From NCBI GenBank assembly GCA_044892525.1, contig CM097887.1, forward strand, positions 26,970,001-27,034,000: a stretch of 64,000 nucleotides of DNA, written 5' to 3'. This document shows, piece after piece, positions 1-13,293 of the stretch (position 1 is its first letter; each line of letters begins with the position of its first letter). The notes under the pieces were generated by a model that did not search any database, was not told the origin of the DNA, and saw nothing but the letters and a program-made list of their open reading frames with translations. This DNA comes from Schmidtea polychroa. Taxonomy: Eukaryota. The position numbers and the translations under genes are program-made.

Positions 1-924
1 CAAATGCCAATTGTCAATTATTTTCATGGACGACTGTTTTTGAAAACATTTAATTCCCTGTCATTAACGTATAAAATCCTACAGATTAAGATAGCTGTGA
101 GATTTCGTTACTTTTTATTTTCGTTATATACCTTTGCTTATGGTTTTAACGCCGTAATCGGATATAATTATATGCTAATTACTAATTATTAAAATTACAG
201 AAGTTTATACCCTAAAAAATATGTAAATTTTCAAGGTGATTTTACTACAAACAAATACGAAATTGACTTGGATAAATGTTATGAAGGAATATTTTAAAGC
301 AGATATTAAGGTAAACAAGTTTTCTGAATTATTTAGTTTTATTAAGGTGAAGATGGGTAAGTTGAAGAGGAGGACGGAAAAATTAAATATACGAACGAGC
401 TATGTTAGGAAGTTAGATATTTCAATATTTTAACTGAGAGAATTGACCCGGGATTTATGAACTTGATCATTAAAGAATTTTAATTGTTGAATGATAAGGA
501 AATTCTGATCCCTATAAATGACATGGCAGTAATTATGAACTATTCATTATTAATGAAGTTAGCATCTGAAGAACGGTAACATATAAATCATAGATGTCTA
601 TGGGGAGAATTCGATTCGCTACCCGGTTGAGTTTTTGTATACCCTTAACATAAATTACTCCAGACTTTATTTCAAATTGGGAGTTTCAATAGTATTGCTA
701 CAATATTAAACCTCAAAAACGGGAAACTCTTTATATTTGATATTGTAACTATTAATATTATGCTAATTATAAATAATGTGAAAAATCAAACTTAGTAAAC
801 TATTAAAATATTAATTAAGCACAAGAATATGGCGTATAATACCTACCTTTTTTATAAATACAATTGCAGATTAATCGAATTATATTATATTTAAAAAAGG
901 CTCATGATAAACATTTATTTGTTC

Positions 925-1290
925 TTTGACTGAGACTACGTAAACGACAACTTTCATATTTCAACTTAGAAGAACATATCGGAATTTGAACAGAGTTCAA
1001 AATACTTGATTTAGCAGATTCGAGGTAACAATGTATTCGTTTAGTTGATGCATACCCTGGTGATTTAGAAATGGAATTTGTAGTAAACTTTGGAAATGAT
1101 GTTGTAGATCTGATGACCCATCTGAATAAGCATGCAATGTAATAATATCACCAGCGAGTGTGAAAAATCATTTAAGAGCTACACCGGACAAGACCTGCTG
1201 TAGGCCTTATCATTAATGGCTATCGAATATAAAATTCCTTTCGAAATGGATTGTTGGGGATTTTGTAAAAACGTCTTCAGATTTAATGCT
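925..1290 (+). mobile_element. Decayed hAT transposase C-terminal fragment (ZMYM1-like, dimerization domain)
   Basis: Translation through stops and frameshifts gives LVDAYPGDLEMEFVVNF, then KNHLRATxGQDxLxGL..AIEYKI, resembling the hAT motif KNYLRSTMGQERLNGLALLSIE. Confidence 0.6.
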
Positions 1291-1538
1291 TTTTTTATTT
1301 ATTAATTATAGTTCATGTTTAATACTAATTGGTATCTGTAATTTGAATAAATGCAATGTTATTTTTAAAATTAAACCATTATTTTAATTATATCACAAGA
1401 AACAAATTAACTTTTTTATTTTTCATAAAAAATTGATAAAAGGATCCCATAAAATTTTCATCCTAGGGTCTTAGAGTAGCAATCTTATCTAATCTTCTTT
1501 TTGAGCTAATGGCAACGATCACAACAATTTATGATAAA

Positions 1539-1680
1539 GGGTACTCCTCAACTAAACGAATACATTGTTGTCTCAAATCCGCTAAAACAAGTATTTTGAA
1601 CTCTTCAAATCTGAAAAATTTTTAAATTCAAATATGAAAGTCGTCGGTTACGTAGTTCAGCATCCAAAGAATCAATAATT
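1539..1680 (-). mobile_element. Second, inverted fragment of the same hAT transposase
   Basis: gggtactcctcaactaaacgaatacattg... aligns, with scattered mismatches, to the reverse complement of 925-1057. Confidence 0.65.
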
Positions 1681-2189
1681 ACATTTAATGTTTGCACTTT
1701 ACATTTATCACGAGGCCTTTATTTCAGAATCGTATAGCATTTTAATAATAAAATTGAAATGTTTACAGTGAAAGGGTATTTTTTAAAAATGTAATATTTG
1801 TAACAATTTAAGATAAGCATAATTTAAAATATTCTGGGTGCGTAGCTAGGGTGGAATAATGGACATTACCCCTCCAAATTAAATTATAGATTATCAAATA
1901 TAAATTAGGGATGAAATATTCTAATAAAACCTCTATTTTGGTTTTGTTACGAGAATTGTATGAGAATAAACAGAAAACAATTTCAAATCCAACACAGTAC
2001 AACTATGCTCGTGTTAGCTATTCCTGTACTTTGTCGGTCTTTTCGCCACAAAAAAGTACATAGACGAGTGCCGGTTTAACCGTCCCGATTACATGTATCG
2101 TTGTGTTTGGCTACGTGCGCAACCCCCCCCCTTCTCCTTATTTGCACATTTACTTGTGTTAGTTTCGAGTTAATCGTGCAAAAAATGTA

Positions 2190-2369
2190 CCGTATATACT
2201 CGCATATAAGCAGACCTCCCAAATTTGGTTGATTAAAATGTCAAAAATAGATGACCAGCGTCTAAGCCGACATATTAAAAATAATATTTTGGGTAATATA
2301 TTAATTTATTTCAAATAATGCAATTAACTAAGAACCAAAATTACTCGGCCTATACGCGATTATATACGG
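2190..2369. mobile_element. pogo/Tigger-type MITE, 180 bp
   Basis: Imperfect TIRs CCGTATATACTCGCATATAAGC and CCGTATATAATCGCGTATAGGC (rc), each flanked by TA (2188-89, 2370-71). Confidence 0.85.
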
Positions 2370-2614
2370 TAATAAAAAGTTTAATAATCGTTTGAATATT
2401 TTCACTACAGTAAGCACTATTATTCTTTTATTTTATTCATTTTGTTGATCCATTATTGATTGTAACAAAACTCATGAATATGAATTTAAACTGTGGTACA
2501 AAACATTTGGAGAAATTATAATCAAACCGACTACTGCTAGTTAGGTTCGCTTGTGTCTCATATGGGCACGTTAAGTGGTTAAATTTCATTAATTTCCTTT
2601 TACTTGAATTTTAG

Positions 2615-3752
2615 ACTCGTTAAAACGTTTAATATCCTCCTGACCAAGTGGGAAAATTATAACAAAATCACCAAGTCAAACACCACAAAAATTGACTTCA
2701 ACATTGCACGAAAATTCTTCGCCATAAATGCCATCTATAGGGATGTGACACTCGAAGATAAGAAGAGATCGATAATTCTAACAGAAAATATCATCAAAAA
2801 TACGTGCAAATCCCTCAGCAATATAAACTGGCCCAATGTCCTCACAAATTTCACTGTCCCAGATGAATGGACAAAGAAGCTCAAACCAAATGTCAAATCC
2901 CCAATACTCAGGGAAGAGGATGAAAAACTCATCAATTCAACAGAAGATGTACTCAGAACATATGAATTCGATAACATACGGGATCAAAAAACCACAATAA
3001 AATACTTCAATTTCATGATCAAAAGATCAATTGTTGGAGTACCTAGATCCTTCAACCTCGGCAAACATATAGCAAGTCTGCCAAACAATGAAGCAGCTCA
3101 AGAAGTAGAAGCAGAAGCCAAAAAAGCAGCAAATGTTCCTGATTTGAATGAAAACGAACAAGAAGTGGACATACAAATACCACAAAAAGAAGAGGAAAAA
3201 ATTGAAATCCATGAAAAAGCAAAAAGAGGACCAACCAAAATCCCATCTCCATACTCAACTGATTCAGGAGAAGAAAGAGATAAATCAATCATAATCGGTG
3301 AATCCTACTATGGAGATTCTAGTTATGATTTAGGATCTGAACTAGAAGATAGCGACTATGAAATAGAAGCTAAATATGCAAGATTTGACTACAACACAAA
3401 AGAAAAATCGACTACGAGTGAAAAGAAAATGACAGTCATAAAATACTCTGAAGATGAAAGCTCCACAACAAAAAGAGAAAATGAAAAATTCAGAAAACAA
3501 TTCGAAAAGGCAGTAAAGAAAAAAGAAAATGCGGACAAAAAACGCAAAGAAGAAGAAGCCAAAAAGGCAGCACAAGGAAAAGTATCAAAAAAAACGAATA
3601 GAGGAAGAAACGGAAGCCCAAATTACCGTTATATCTCAAAAAGAAAATGACCGAAAAAGGAAAAAAAACAAAAAGAAATACGGCAAAAAATGAAAAAATA
3701 TAAAGACAAAGAAGCAAAAGAAAAACTTCAAAATTACTGCAAATCTAGTTAA
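2615..3752 (+). CDS. Orphan ORF with acidic middle and Lys-rich tail; TE accessory ORF or terminal exon
   Basis: About 345 open codons with strong A/C strand skew. Preceded by a polypyrimidine-TAG acceptor (ends 2614) that keeps the frame. The Lys-rich text continues in another frame past the stop at 3650 to TAA at 3750-52, suggesting a frameshift. No recognisable domain. Confidence 0.45.
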
Positions 3753-4499
3753 GAGTAAGGGTCTATAAAAGACTTGAATCTTACCTGGTCCTTATATATT
3801 AATTATATAGTTGTTTATTATTTTATGCCAGCGTAGAACAAGGGTCCTGTAGACCTGAATTCTATCCTGTACTCTTACATATTTTAATTGTGTACATTTT
3901 CCATTACTAGTAATTATTGTACTTTCCATGTGACTGTTAACTAATGAAATTGTATGATAAATCATTTAAAAATAAATTCAAATAATTAGGTAAAGTATTT
4001 CCACTGTTTTTATGAATTTTGTCAATTTTTACCTAAAATAGGTCTTGTTCACTTAAATACGAAATTTCACTGATCTTTCTAATTTTAATATGAATTTATT
4101 TATTAAATTAATTATTGTGCTCTTTACAATTTTTATCATAGCATTTTTTAAGTGTCAACCAGACAATGTCCGATATCCAAAATTTAACAAAATGAAAAAA
4201 AATGTATTTTAATTGAAATATTAAAATACATTTTGTAAAGTCACTTTAAAAATTATTGCAATTTACATTAATATTCATATTTCGTGTGATTAGTCAGCAA
4301 TAGAAGCTAAAGAAAGTAAAGATATATTCGTTAAGATCAACTAAATTCCTTATTTGAGTGAAGATGACCTATTTGAGGTGTAAAATTTTCAATAAGAACT
4401 GCAAATATGACTTACCTATTTATTTAAATTTATAACTACTGAAATTATTATTCAGTTTCCCATAAATTACGGTAAATCCCATGAATCCATATTTTGTAA

Positions 4500-5100
4500 C
4501 TTTCACAAAAACCTTTTGAAAACTTTTGACATCTGTTCTACTTTTTCTTTAATTGAAATTTCCCGGAATTACATTATCGTGTTATATGCGGTGTCAGTTG
4601 TATATGTCTGACTCTGTGATCCACATTTTATAGGTCTTCTAGTCAATATCTTTTTAAAAATGTATGAATTTTTTAAGATCTATAACTCAAGCTTGCATCA
4701 TGTTTGAATCATGTCATTAAATATTATAATTTATGGTCCTTTAAATGGCTTGCTTATTTCTATACTTATTTCTAAACAAATAACTTAATTATTTTTGTTA
4801 CATATAATATATTCATGTTTTAAACTAACTGCTTTTTAAATTATTTTAACCTTATATTCTTTTTGTATTGAATAATTTATTTATTTCATGGACATTTTTG
4901 TTACTTTCCTTGATCACCCATAGGATATTAATAGTAATACCAAAAATTGGAATCTTACACCATTGGTAATATTTTATAAAATTGTTTATTGCATGGATCA
5001 ATGTTTACGTATGACTTGTCCAGAATCGTGAGCACATGTGAGAGTGTCCCTATTTTCAATGACAGTATAATTAAAATCAATCATCTAAATATATTTGCTA
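4500..5100 (-). mobile_element. Highly decayed Gypsy integrase-like remnant
   Basis: Fragments AHDSG.., GP and T.AY in the order expected for the zinc-binding and core integrase regions; many stops. Confidence 0.3.
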
Positions 5101-6969
5101 GGTTTAACTCGTTACATGGAGAATTGTCAATGCCTCTCACTAATTACTTTAAATGTTTATGTAAAAGTGTAGAAAATATAAAAATGCATAAATTGACAGA
5201 TATAACTAGCTAATGACGTTGCCACTTAGCATTCATATCATTCAATTGGACTTTTCATTTGACTATTCATTTCACAATATATCATCACTTCTATATTTCT
5301 CTGTTGATTCTTTCTGAAAATATTGAAGGAGCTCATATAATGTTTACAATTATTATTATTATTATTATTAAAAATTGTATTTCTTGTTTAACGTAAAACG
5401 AATGAAATAATTTCAGCATCGACAAATTTTACGTAATTATTGCATCACGTTGCATAATTTGCAATTTTATAAATAAATATTTACCTGATATGCAATAAGT
5501 TATAAAATTTTTATTTATTTCAACTATTTTGATTTATCTTTTTGAATTCCTCATCTATATGGTATAATATTTGCATAAAACAGAGAATATAAATAGTATC
5601 TATTTGTGTAGATTTCCTAGAATTCGTATAGTTGTGTTAATTCTTATTCGAAAAAGTTTTTTCCCAAACTTTTTATGTGTTTCTTTCTTGTAATTATTTC
5701 GTCAGATTTTAAAGATTAAAATTTTATATTTTTGGACAAAGGGGACGGGGTGGATATCTCACGTAGTTCATGTGTATTTAGTAAAATTATTCCCATTGAT
5801 CAGGTTTGTGACTTAAATCATGTAAGTTATTTGATTTAATGGAAAAAAGTTTCATTTAATGACATGACACCTTGAATTCGAGAATTCTACCTACACAGAC
5901 ATTCTTTATATTTCCAATATATCATAAGTAAATGGAGAGGTATTTAAATTGGATCTTTTAGATTGTTAGATAACTTTTAAATAAAACTAAAAACTTAATT
6001 TTAATAAAAGTTTGATTGCCTATTAAAAATGATTATAATAATAGCGATTAATATTTAATAAGAAACCAACATCACATTATCATTATAATTAACTAACATT
6101 AATGTACAGGTCTCCTTCTTTGTACCAATCATGTTTCTTAGTGCTGTATTTTGGTAATAACCTTTTACACGAACTTTTTCCTCTAATTATTGCTACTGAA
6201 GTTAATTTTTTTATCAAATGATAAAGGGTTCCCATTGAAATAACAAATTTCTAAGATATTCAATATTTACACACTAAAATCTGTCAATACTTCAAAAATT
6301 ATGTATATGCATATTTTACTTATTTATAGGCCATTCCGTGGGTTTGCCTTGATTGAGTGCAAATATTTGTACTCCCTTGCATTAAAAATTTAAAGATCGC
6401 GAAGTTCAATAGCACATTACGAATCATTTTATTGAATTTAACATTAAATTAACATATATTAAAATAATGAAACAACAAATTGTAGGAAAATCATTTTTAT
6501 TCATTTCTTACAGCGATGTCTTAGGTTTCTATTACAGAAAGCTCTAATATGATAGAATCTCAATTGTTACATCTTTCATTTTCTATACTTAATATGGATA
6601 AATTCCCTTATATATATATATATATATATATATGAATTTGGTCGTTTTAAAAGAAAGGCAATTAAACTGGGTTTCCAGTTTCAGTTTCAGTCACTCAACT
6701 TGTCTCACTACCCTATAAGGCATTTCATTACGCATAATATGCCCTAGATGGTGGGACTGGGGATTAAACTAGCATCTTGTACAATGATTAGTTCAGTTAT
6801 TTCCTAATTGGAGAATGATACCATTTTTTATACTTAAAACGTAAAACTGATCTTATTTCTTGTATTAATTTATTCAAAATTTCATGAAAAAATCCATAAT
6901 CTCAGAATTTTACTAAAATTGTTTCACATTGTCGATTTTCGATTATATTTTTCATCATTAATTTTATCG

Positions 6970-7010
<41 letters not shown>
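6970..7010. repeat. (TAA)n microsatellite
   Basis: Directly visible. Confidence 0.95.
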
Positions 7011-7859
7011 TTGAATCGAGTATTGAATATTTGTCAAGAGAATTATTTCTGTCACAGACTGTGTATATGATATTGGCATTATCAAGATTCTACCTCTATA
7101 TCTATCAATCTAGTTTAATTACAACTCTTATTTTATGGCTCTAATTTCAAATTTGCCAGTATCATTTTTTCAGTCTAATTTGAAAAAAGTTAATAGCCAA
7201 TTTTGTTTTAGTTTGGTTTTTTTAGTTCAAATATTTGTATTCGCAAGAAAATCTTCTTAAGTGTTTTTCTTTTAAGCTTTCAATTTTTGTCATTATTATC
7301 TTCAATATATTCTTCAACTGAGTCAGGCTTTTGTATTTTCGTAGTTCTGAATGTTTTAATCAATTATTCAATGTTTTATAAAAGTAGAGGTATGAGTCCT
7401 AGATGTCTTTATCAAACTTTAGTCCACTTCTACCTACTCATAAGTTGATTACATGTCCTTGACAATGAAATAATATGATTTGACTTATCCTTTTACAGTT
7501 ATCTATCATTTTAAATCTCGATCAAAAATGATTTTTTAATTACGGTGTGGCTGGAGGACTTTTAGAGTTAAATTCTTCAGATTAACCAAAAACCATAGGA
7601 ACTGTGATTTTGAAACGAGGTCAGCGAAAACATCAACAAATTTATATATATATATATATTCGAAATGTCTTCAGTGCCAATGATCACCAATTGTTTCAGA
7701 TAATGAGCTAGTCCTAAAAATTTAATGATGTCATTAATGCTTCTGTTATTTATACATAATTCACTAGCAAATTATTTTATTCCTCTATTTCGATCATTGG
7801 AACATGCACCGATATCAAGGAATTTAGTTTTTTAAATGTGTAATATTCTGTCAAAAGTT

Positions 7860-8452
7860 GGTTGATGTTCAATTTTGGGGGTGTAATTTTTATTTAAATT
7901 AATTATTAATTGTTGATTTTTTAATAATAAAAAGCAAATAAAATAATGAAATAATTACTAAAATGATCTGAGACTAGTTCAAATAATTTTAAAAAAATGT
8001 TACACGAATTGTGATTTCACCGTAATGAATTCAAAGGCGAATTTATTAATATATAATTCTATGTTATCAACATTGGTCGAATTTGGAATATAAGTTTTTA
8101 ACGATCTACAACATCTTTCAATTGTATTTTTAAAAATAGTTCAATCTTCGATATTCACAAAATTTTGACTATGATTTGCGGTTTTATGGATATATCCGTA
8201 TTGTTCAAGATTGTTATTACCCCTCCATCCATCTGTCATTATAACTGTTCCCGTTTCAATGTTTGAAATTATAAATCCATGCAAAACCTCAGAATTTCAG
8301 AATTGTCAAAACCCTACAAAAATTGGTCCCTCTTTGTCTGGCACCAACTGTCCAAACGGATTTTTTTGAGGTTTAATTAAATAATTATAGGAAATCAGTG
8401 ATTATTAATTAATTTAATTAAAAATTACACCTCCCCAAATTGAACATCAACC
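7860..8452 (-). mobile_element. Merlin (IS1595/ISXO2-like) internal-deletion element
   Basis: About 70-bp imperfect TIRs starting GGTTGATGTTCAATT; 8-bp TSD caaaagtt/caaaaatt (7/8). The internal minus-strand frame reads VWTVGARQRGT...GTVIMTDGWRGNNNLEQYGYIHKTANHSQNFV..NTIERCCRSLK, with one stop. Confidence 0.85.
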
Positions 8453-9147
8453 CAAAAATTTATTCTTTAAACTTACTTTCAATTTGATTTTAATTTAAAA
8501 CAAAATCCCAAATTGTTTTACAAAAATATTTTACCCTGTCAATAGCACAAAATCTTTGTTATAATCAAAAATATTCTTAGAAATATATTATATATATGGT
8601 CACTGGTTTATTATTGAAATAAAAAATATTATAAAATATTTTCTCACGCTCACTGGTTGCTCCATTGTTATCATTTTGATTCTCTACCGACTACTACCAA
8701 ATTTGTAAATTTTAGTTCTCATCAGTAATAATTTTATCAGGAGGGCATCAATTATTGTTTTATTTTCTATTTATTTGCCAGTTATATGAAATTTTTGAAA
8801 CGTAACAAATAAGCCCCTTTCTATTTCATTGTATATTGATTGTTTATTTTATCATAAAATTAGTTGAGTTTAATAAATTCTTTATTTGCATATTATGTGT
8901 TAAAATGCTTCCAAATCTTTGTTTATCAATAATCCGATTGTGGGCGCTAAATCCACAGTCCAGGCTTCTGCCCCAAAACCCTTTGCAAACTAAATTGAGA
9001 GATAATATTTATCATTAAATAGAACGTAAAATGAAATATTTTAAATCGAAATATTCATGGATTATTACTTGTTAGAGGTTGTTATTGTGTAATCGGTAAA
9101 CCCCGCTCCGTCACGAGAATATCTTTAAGTATTGAAATATTATGTCA

Positions 9148-9292
9148 CAAAGTTCCTTAGTTTTGATGATAACTTAGGTAAGTTTCTCCTACCCCAAGCT
9201 CTAGTAACATTTTCGTAGAAATATAGAAAATGTTCGGGACTAGAATTACAATTGTCGAGATTTAAAGGATGATTTCTTTTGAGATAGGGTTA
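9148..9292 (-). mobile_element. Solo terminal fragment of the piggyBac family found at 21.2-22.0 kb
   Basis: Direct match to 21819-21972 (ttccttagttttgatgataacttaggtaagtttctcct...gatgatttcttttgag). Confidence 0.7.
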
Positions 9293-9647
9293 TATATATA
9301 CATATATCCAGGTATATAATTCATATATAACTCAACTTTCCTTAAAATAATGGAAAAGATTAATTTAACTTATTAACTTATTAAAAATCTTTATTTTATT
9401 GGTCACCTTTGACTTTTTTCTTTTGATATTTCATTTATTTTCATTGTGACTAGATCAAAAAATTAATTTCCCTATGTTCAAATTTTTGGCACTACATTTA
9501 TTAAGTATATTGAATTTTTTCCTACCCGCTTTTTTAGGCGAGGCTAAATTTGAGAAATCATATTAATATTAGAATGAATGTAAAGTTAAACAACGTAATA
9601 AATAATTAAAGAACTGTTTTAGGAGTGCTTCAATACATGCTTTTTTA

Positions 9648-9664
9648 TAATAATAATAATAATA

Positions 9665-9702
<38 letters not shown>
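9648..9702. repeat. Head-to-head (TAA)n/(TTA)n microsatellite
   Basis: Directly visible; self-complementary junction. Confidence 0.9.
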
Positions 9703-9704
<2 letters not shown>

Positions 9705-10499
9705 TTGTTTATTATTCCCAAAACAAATCACTGACTTGCATTTCATTGAGAACAAATTTCACGTTTAGTAAATCATTTTTTTGCAATCAAAATTATTGGC
9801 AAGAATAAAAAAATAATTTGTATATTGTTCAACTGAAAAACTATGAATTTTTCACAGCAAATGGAAATCTCACTAAAAGTTATTTGCTTATGCATAATTT
9901 AAAATTCTGATAATAAATCTATCGAAATCATCCTATCTGATGATGGGGAAATTATCTCAGTAATTGCTTCTATACAAATATAGTACATTTGTAATCTTGT
10001 TCAGATATGAGAGGAAAATGTCTTCATAAATATAGCTTTCTGTTTATTTATTGAGTTTTTTTTTAAATGAGTATTATGAGATGATAACTGAAGTAACGAG
10101 AACTAATGATGAGCTTTGAAGCCTGAATTCCTGGTCTAATTAAAATAAAGTTGGTTAATGAAAATTTCTAGAGGGATATGTATAATTTCAGTGTTATACG
10201 AAACTATTTAAATAGAGTTAAAACGTGTTAGTAACCAAAGCGTTAGATCCATAGTTAACTTTGACAATGGTCATCCCGAACCTTTAGCAATTTGATTTTT
10301 GTAAAAATAACCTATTTTTGTAACTTGTTAGTAATTAGTTATATCTTATTATTGAGTTAAGTATATGAATTTGGAATACTTAAAGTTTATACCAAACTCA
10401 ACAGGTACTTTTTTTGCGTTTTGAAGTATAAGTTCAAAAATGATCAATTTAGCGATACCAACGACGTTTGAAATAAAAAATAAAAATAACCATTGACTC

Positions 10500-11960
10500 A
10501 ACTCATGCTTTTTTCTTTGTATTTTTGCAGTTTGGACATGTCTTTATAATAGCAGGTTTTATTATTAAAATGTACCAAGCTGTTGGTAAATATTTTTCAC
10601 TAAAACATTTATCGGCTGACGGATTGTATTGGAAGGATTCCCGTTTTTTTTTCTTTTTAAATCCTATTATATGAGAATATTGCCTTTCGTAATGTCGTTG
10701 ACAGAATCTATCCAATATAATTAAAATAAATGTTATTTTATTTTTCAAATTTTCTTTTTAAAGACATGAGTCATTATTTCGTTTAAAATTTCATAGAAAT
10801 TTAGTGACTATCGGTTAAATTAGATATTAAAAATTAAGCAGTAATTAAGATCAAGGTGGTAAAAAAAGGTCAAAAAGACGGATAAATTGTGCTTTGTAAT
10901 GAATTTTATTAAATTCTGCATATTGAATAGAACATTTTACATAACTTATACAATTGCTAATGTCATTATATAAACAATATAAGCATTTGTATGATTGTTT
11001 AGTAATAGGACGACGACCTCTTTTGTTTTTTAATATTTTTTTTGCTGATCTTCCTGTTACTTATTCAAATATGAAATTTATATTGTTACTTTCCAGCAAT
11101 TTATTTTTATCTAGAAGTGGTTCTGTAACAAAATGTCCAGTTAATGCAATAAAGTATTATGAAACAAGAAATTGAGTGACAATCAGTGTAAATTTATTTG
11201 GTCTTAATGCTGTTATTATGTCTCGAAGCTTTGATCAAATATTAGTAGATTCGTGTGAAACGTTTATCATGCATAATAAATTATAAATCAGTGATTTACA
11301 TCCACTTTATTGTAAATAAAAGACAATCGCACTTTTAGGAATCTCTTTTAAATAGGATAATAAAACATTTATTATCAATATGATTATCAGTGAAATATTT
11401 CAAAAACCTTTATTGTCCCTTAGGTTTGATATGAATGTATTTAATAATAGTTAAATAGGTATAGAGGTAGAGGGAGATAGAACTTCTGTAAAGAAATATT
11501 CGAAATTATTATTGGATATTTTTTTGTAAAATTAAAATTTGTAGAATACAATGTACTTTTAATTTATATAATATTGTCAAATTCGATGTTTTTGACAATT
11601 CAACCTTTATAGAAATTCTTAATATGCTCTTACAACTAGAACCAATTTAATGAATACCTCTTTACCGATCTTTATGGTGTCCAGGGTCTTTTATCATTTC
11701 TTTGAAAATTACTCATTTTAATTAGTAATATATGCGAGATCAGTAAAGGACAAAAATGGGTAGTATTTATGTGTGAATAGTTTATATCCAACATTGTTTT
11801 TATATAATAAATTTATGTATTGTGGAACATTTATTATGATGCATATTGGAGAGACATTGACACGTATTGTTTCTTTACAAATTATCACAATATGGCAGTC
11901 ATTCTTAACATATAAATAAATATTTAGATATGATTCATTTGGATTACCTACCATCAATTC
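10500..11960 (-). mobile_element. Very decayed Merlin-like transposase debris
   Basis: Scattered GY..T..F.D....TN, VNH...HTN and CPNC fragments; many stops. Confidence 0.3.
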
Positions 11961-13293
11961 TCGATTTGCAGCAGTAAGAGCGGCATAAATGTTAAATTTT
12001 GAGTTTTATACTATTGTTTGTGAATAGTGCATATTTATAGTAGGCCTACCTTATTTGTGATGGAATAATAAATAACCAAATTGGGTTTCCCTATTAACTT
12101 TGTTGTTGAAATTTCATTATTCATTATTTAAATATCTTCAATAAAAATCTAATTGAAACTCAGAGCCATAATTTTTGGCTTTATAACTGTTTGCTTGAAG
12201 ATTGACATTTCTGTTCATGATAGTTAAAAAATAAACAATAAATTTCTGGCCTTGAAATTTGAGTTGCTTATTTGTCAATAATGCCCAAGTTTTTCTTGTT
12301 GTATTTTTCCAATGGATTTGCACGTGTATATTTCCACTAAATAATCATTATTCAAGTAATTGAAAACTAAACTGTTCTTTTTGCAATTTCGTGTTAGAAA
12401 ATTAGTTACTGGTGGATTCGAATAGTTTAAAATATTTAAAAACTGTTTATTTTTTGTTGACTTTTTAAACCTAGATATGTTCTAAATACTTTTTATGTGT
12501 GAGGTTTTATATTTTGTTAAAGCAACTGTTAATTAGTTTTGTTACAAGTAAATTGACTTAAGCTCTTCATATTTCATGATCAGAGCCGGATTAAAGATTA
12601 TTTTCCTGGCTACAAATATTAAAAGACACTATTAGAAAATCTAACACAATGCCACTCTAGATATGATTATCTTTTTTTCTGTGTATAAAATGATAGCAGG
12701 AAATATCATTTATTTTTTAAAGTGATCTTAAGCCTTGACAAGGAAAAAGATATCATTGAGATTTAAAAATGTAAACTAATTAAAAAAATATTTATTTAAT
12801 TAAACTAAATATATAATTAATTTCAACTAATTATATATAGGAAGATATAAAAACAATAAAAGGCGCTTTGCATCACCTATTACTTTTCAGTATTTATAAA
12901 ACGATTTGAAATGTGAATCAAAATCTGGATTTTTTGGTATTCTTCATTATATTGATAAGATAAATATTTGTTCAAAATATATAAATTGTACTGAAAAAAT
13001 TTTTTTTGATTTCCTTAGTTATTGTTATATAATCTATAAAAATTGCATAAAACTCGATATATGAGTTAGAAATAGTCAAAGTGTGCGTAAATATAAAGGT
13101 TATGATTATTTTCTCCGAGAAAAACAATCTAAAAAATTCTTGTGATTTTTGTCAAAATTAGCTATAATATGAGTAATGCCCAATCTATAGCTTATTTAGC
13201 CTATGTGACAATTCCCCTAGATCTCCCATTATTAAATGTTTCGTCTAAATTGCATGGTGTATTCATAAAAATTGAATTCTCCCTTGTATTCAG

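Noticed and set aside
2735-3717. Phe/Leu-rich minus-strand ORFs that look like membrane proteins; similar antisense ORFs over ZSWIM, TOP1, the tetraspanin and the pogo ORF
   Set aside because: Shadows of A-rich sense coding sequence.
3755-3870. Hammerhead ribozymes (resemblance to the Penelope CTGAAGAAGGGTC..GACCCGAAAC motif)
   Set aside because: No CUGANGA core, and GAAT replaces GAAA in both copies. Kept only as hairpins.
6329-6400. Possible upstream ZSWIM exon (PFRGFALIEC)
   Set aside because: The frame closes without a donor, and the following VLQVGFHL block is absent.
7480-7730. Gypsy integrase remnant (IVSDN)
   Set aside because: A single motif; too weak to call.
13142-13293. N-terminal part of the track ORF as the ZSWIM start
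   Set aside because: No family similarity; homology begins exactly at the CAG acceptor (13291-93).
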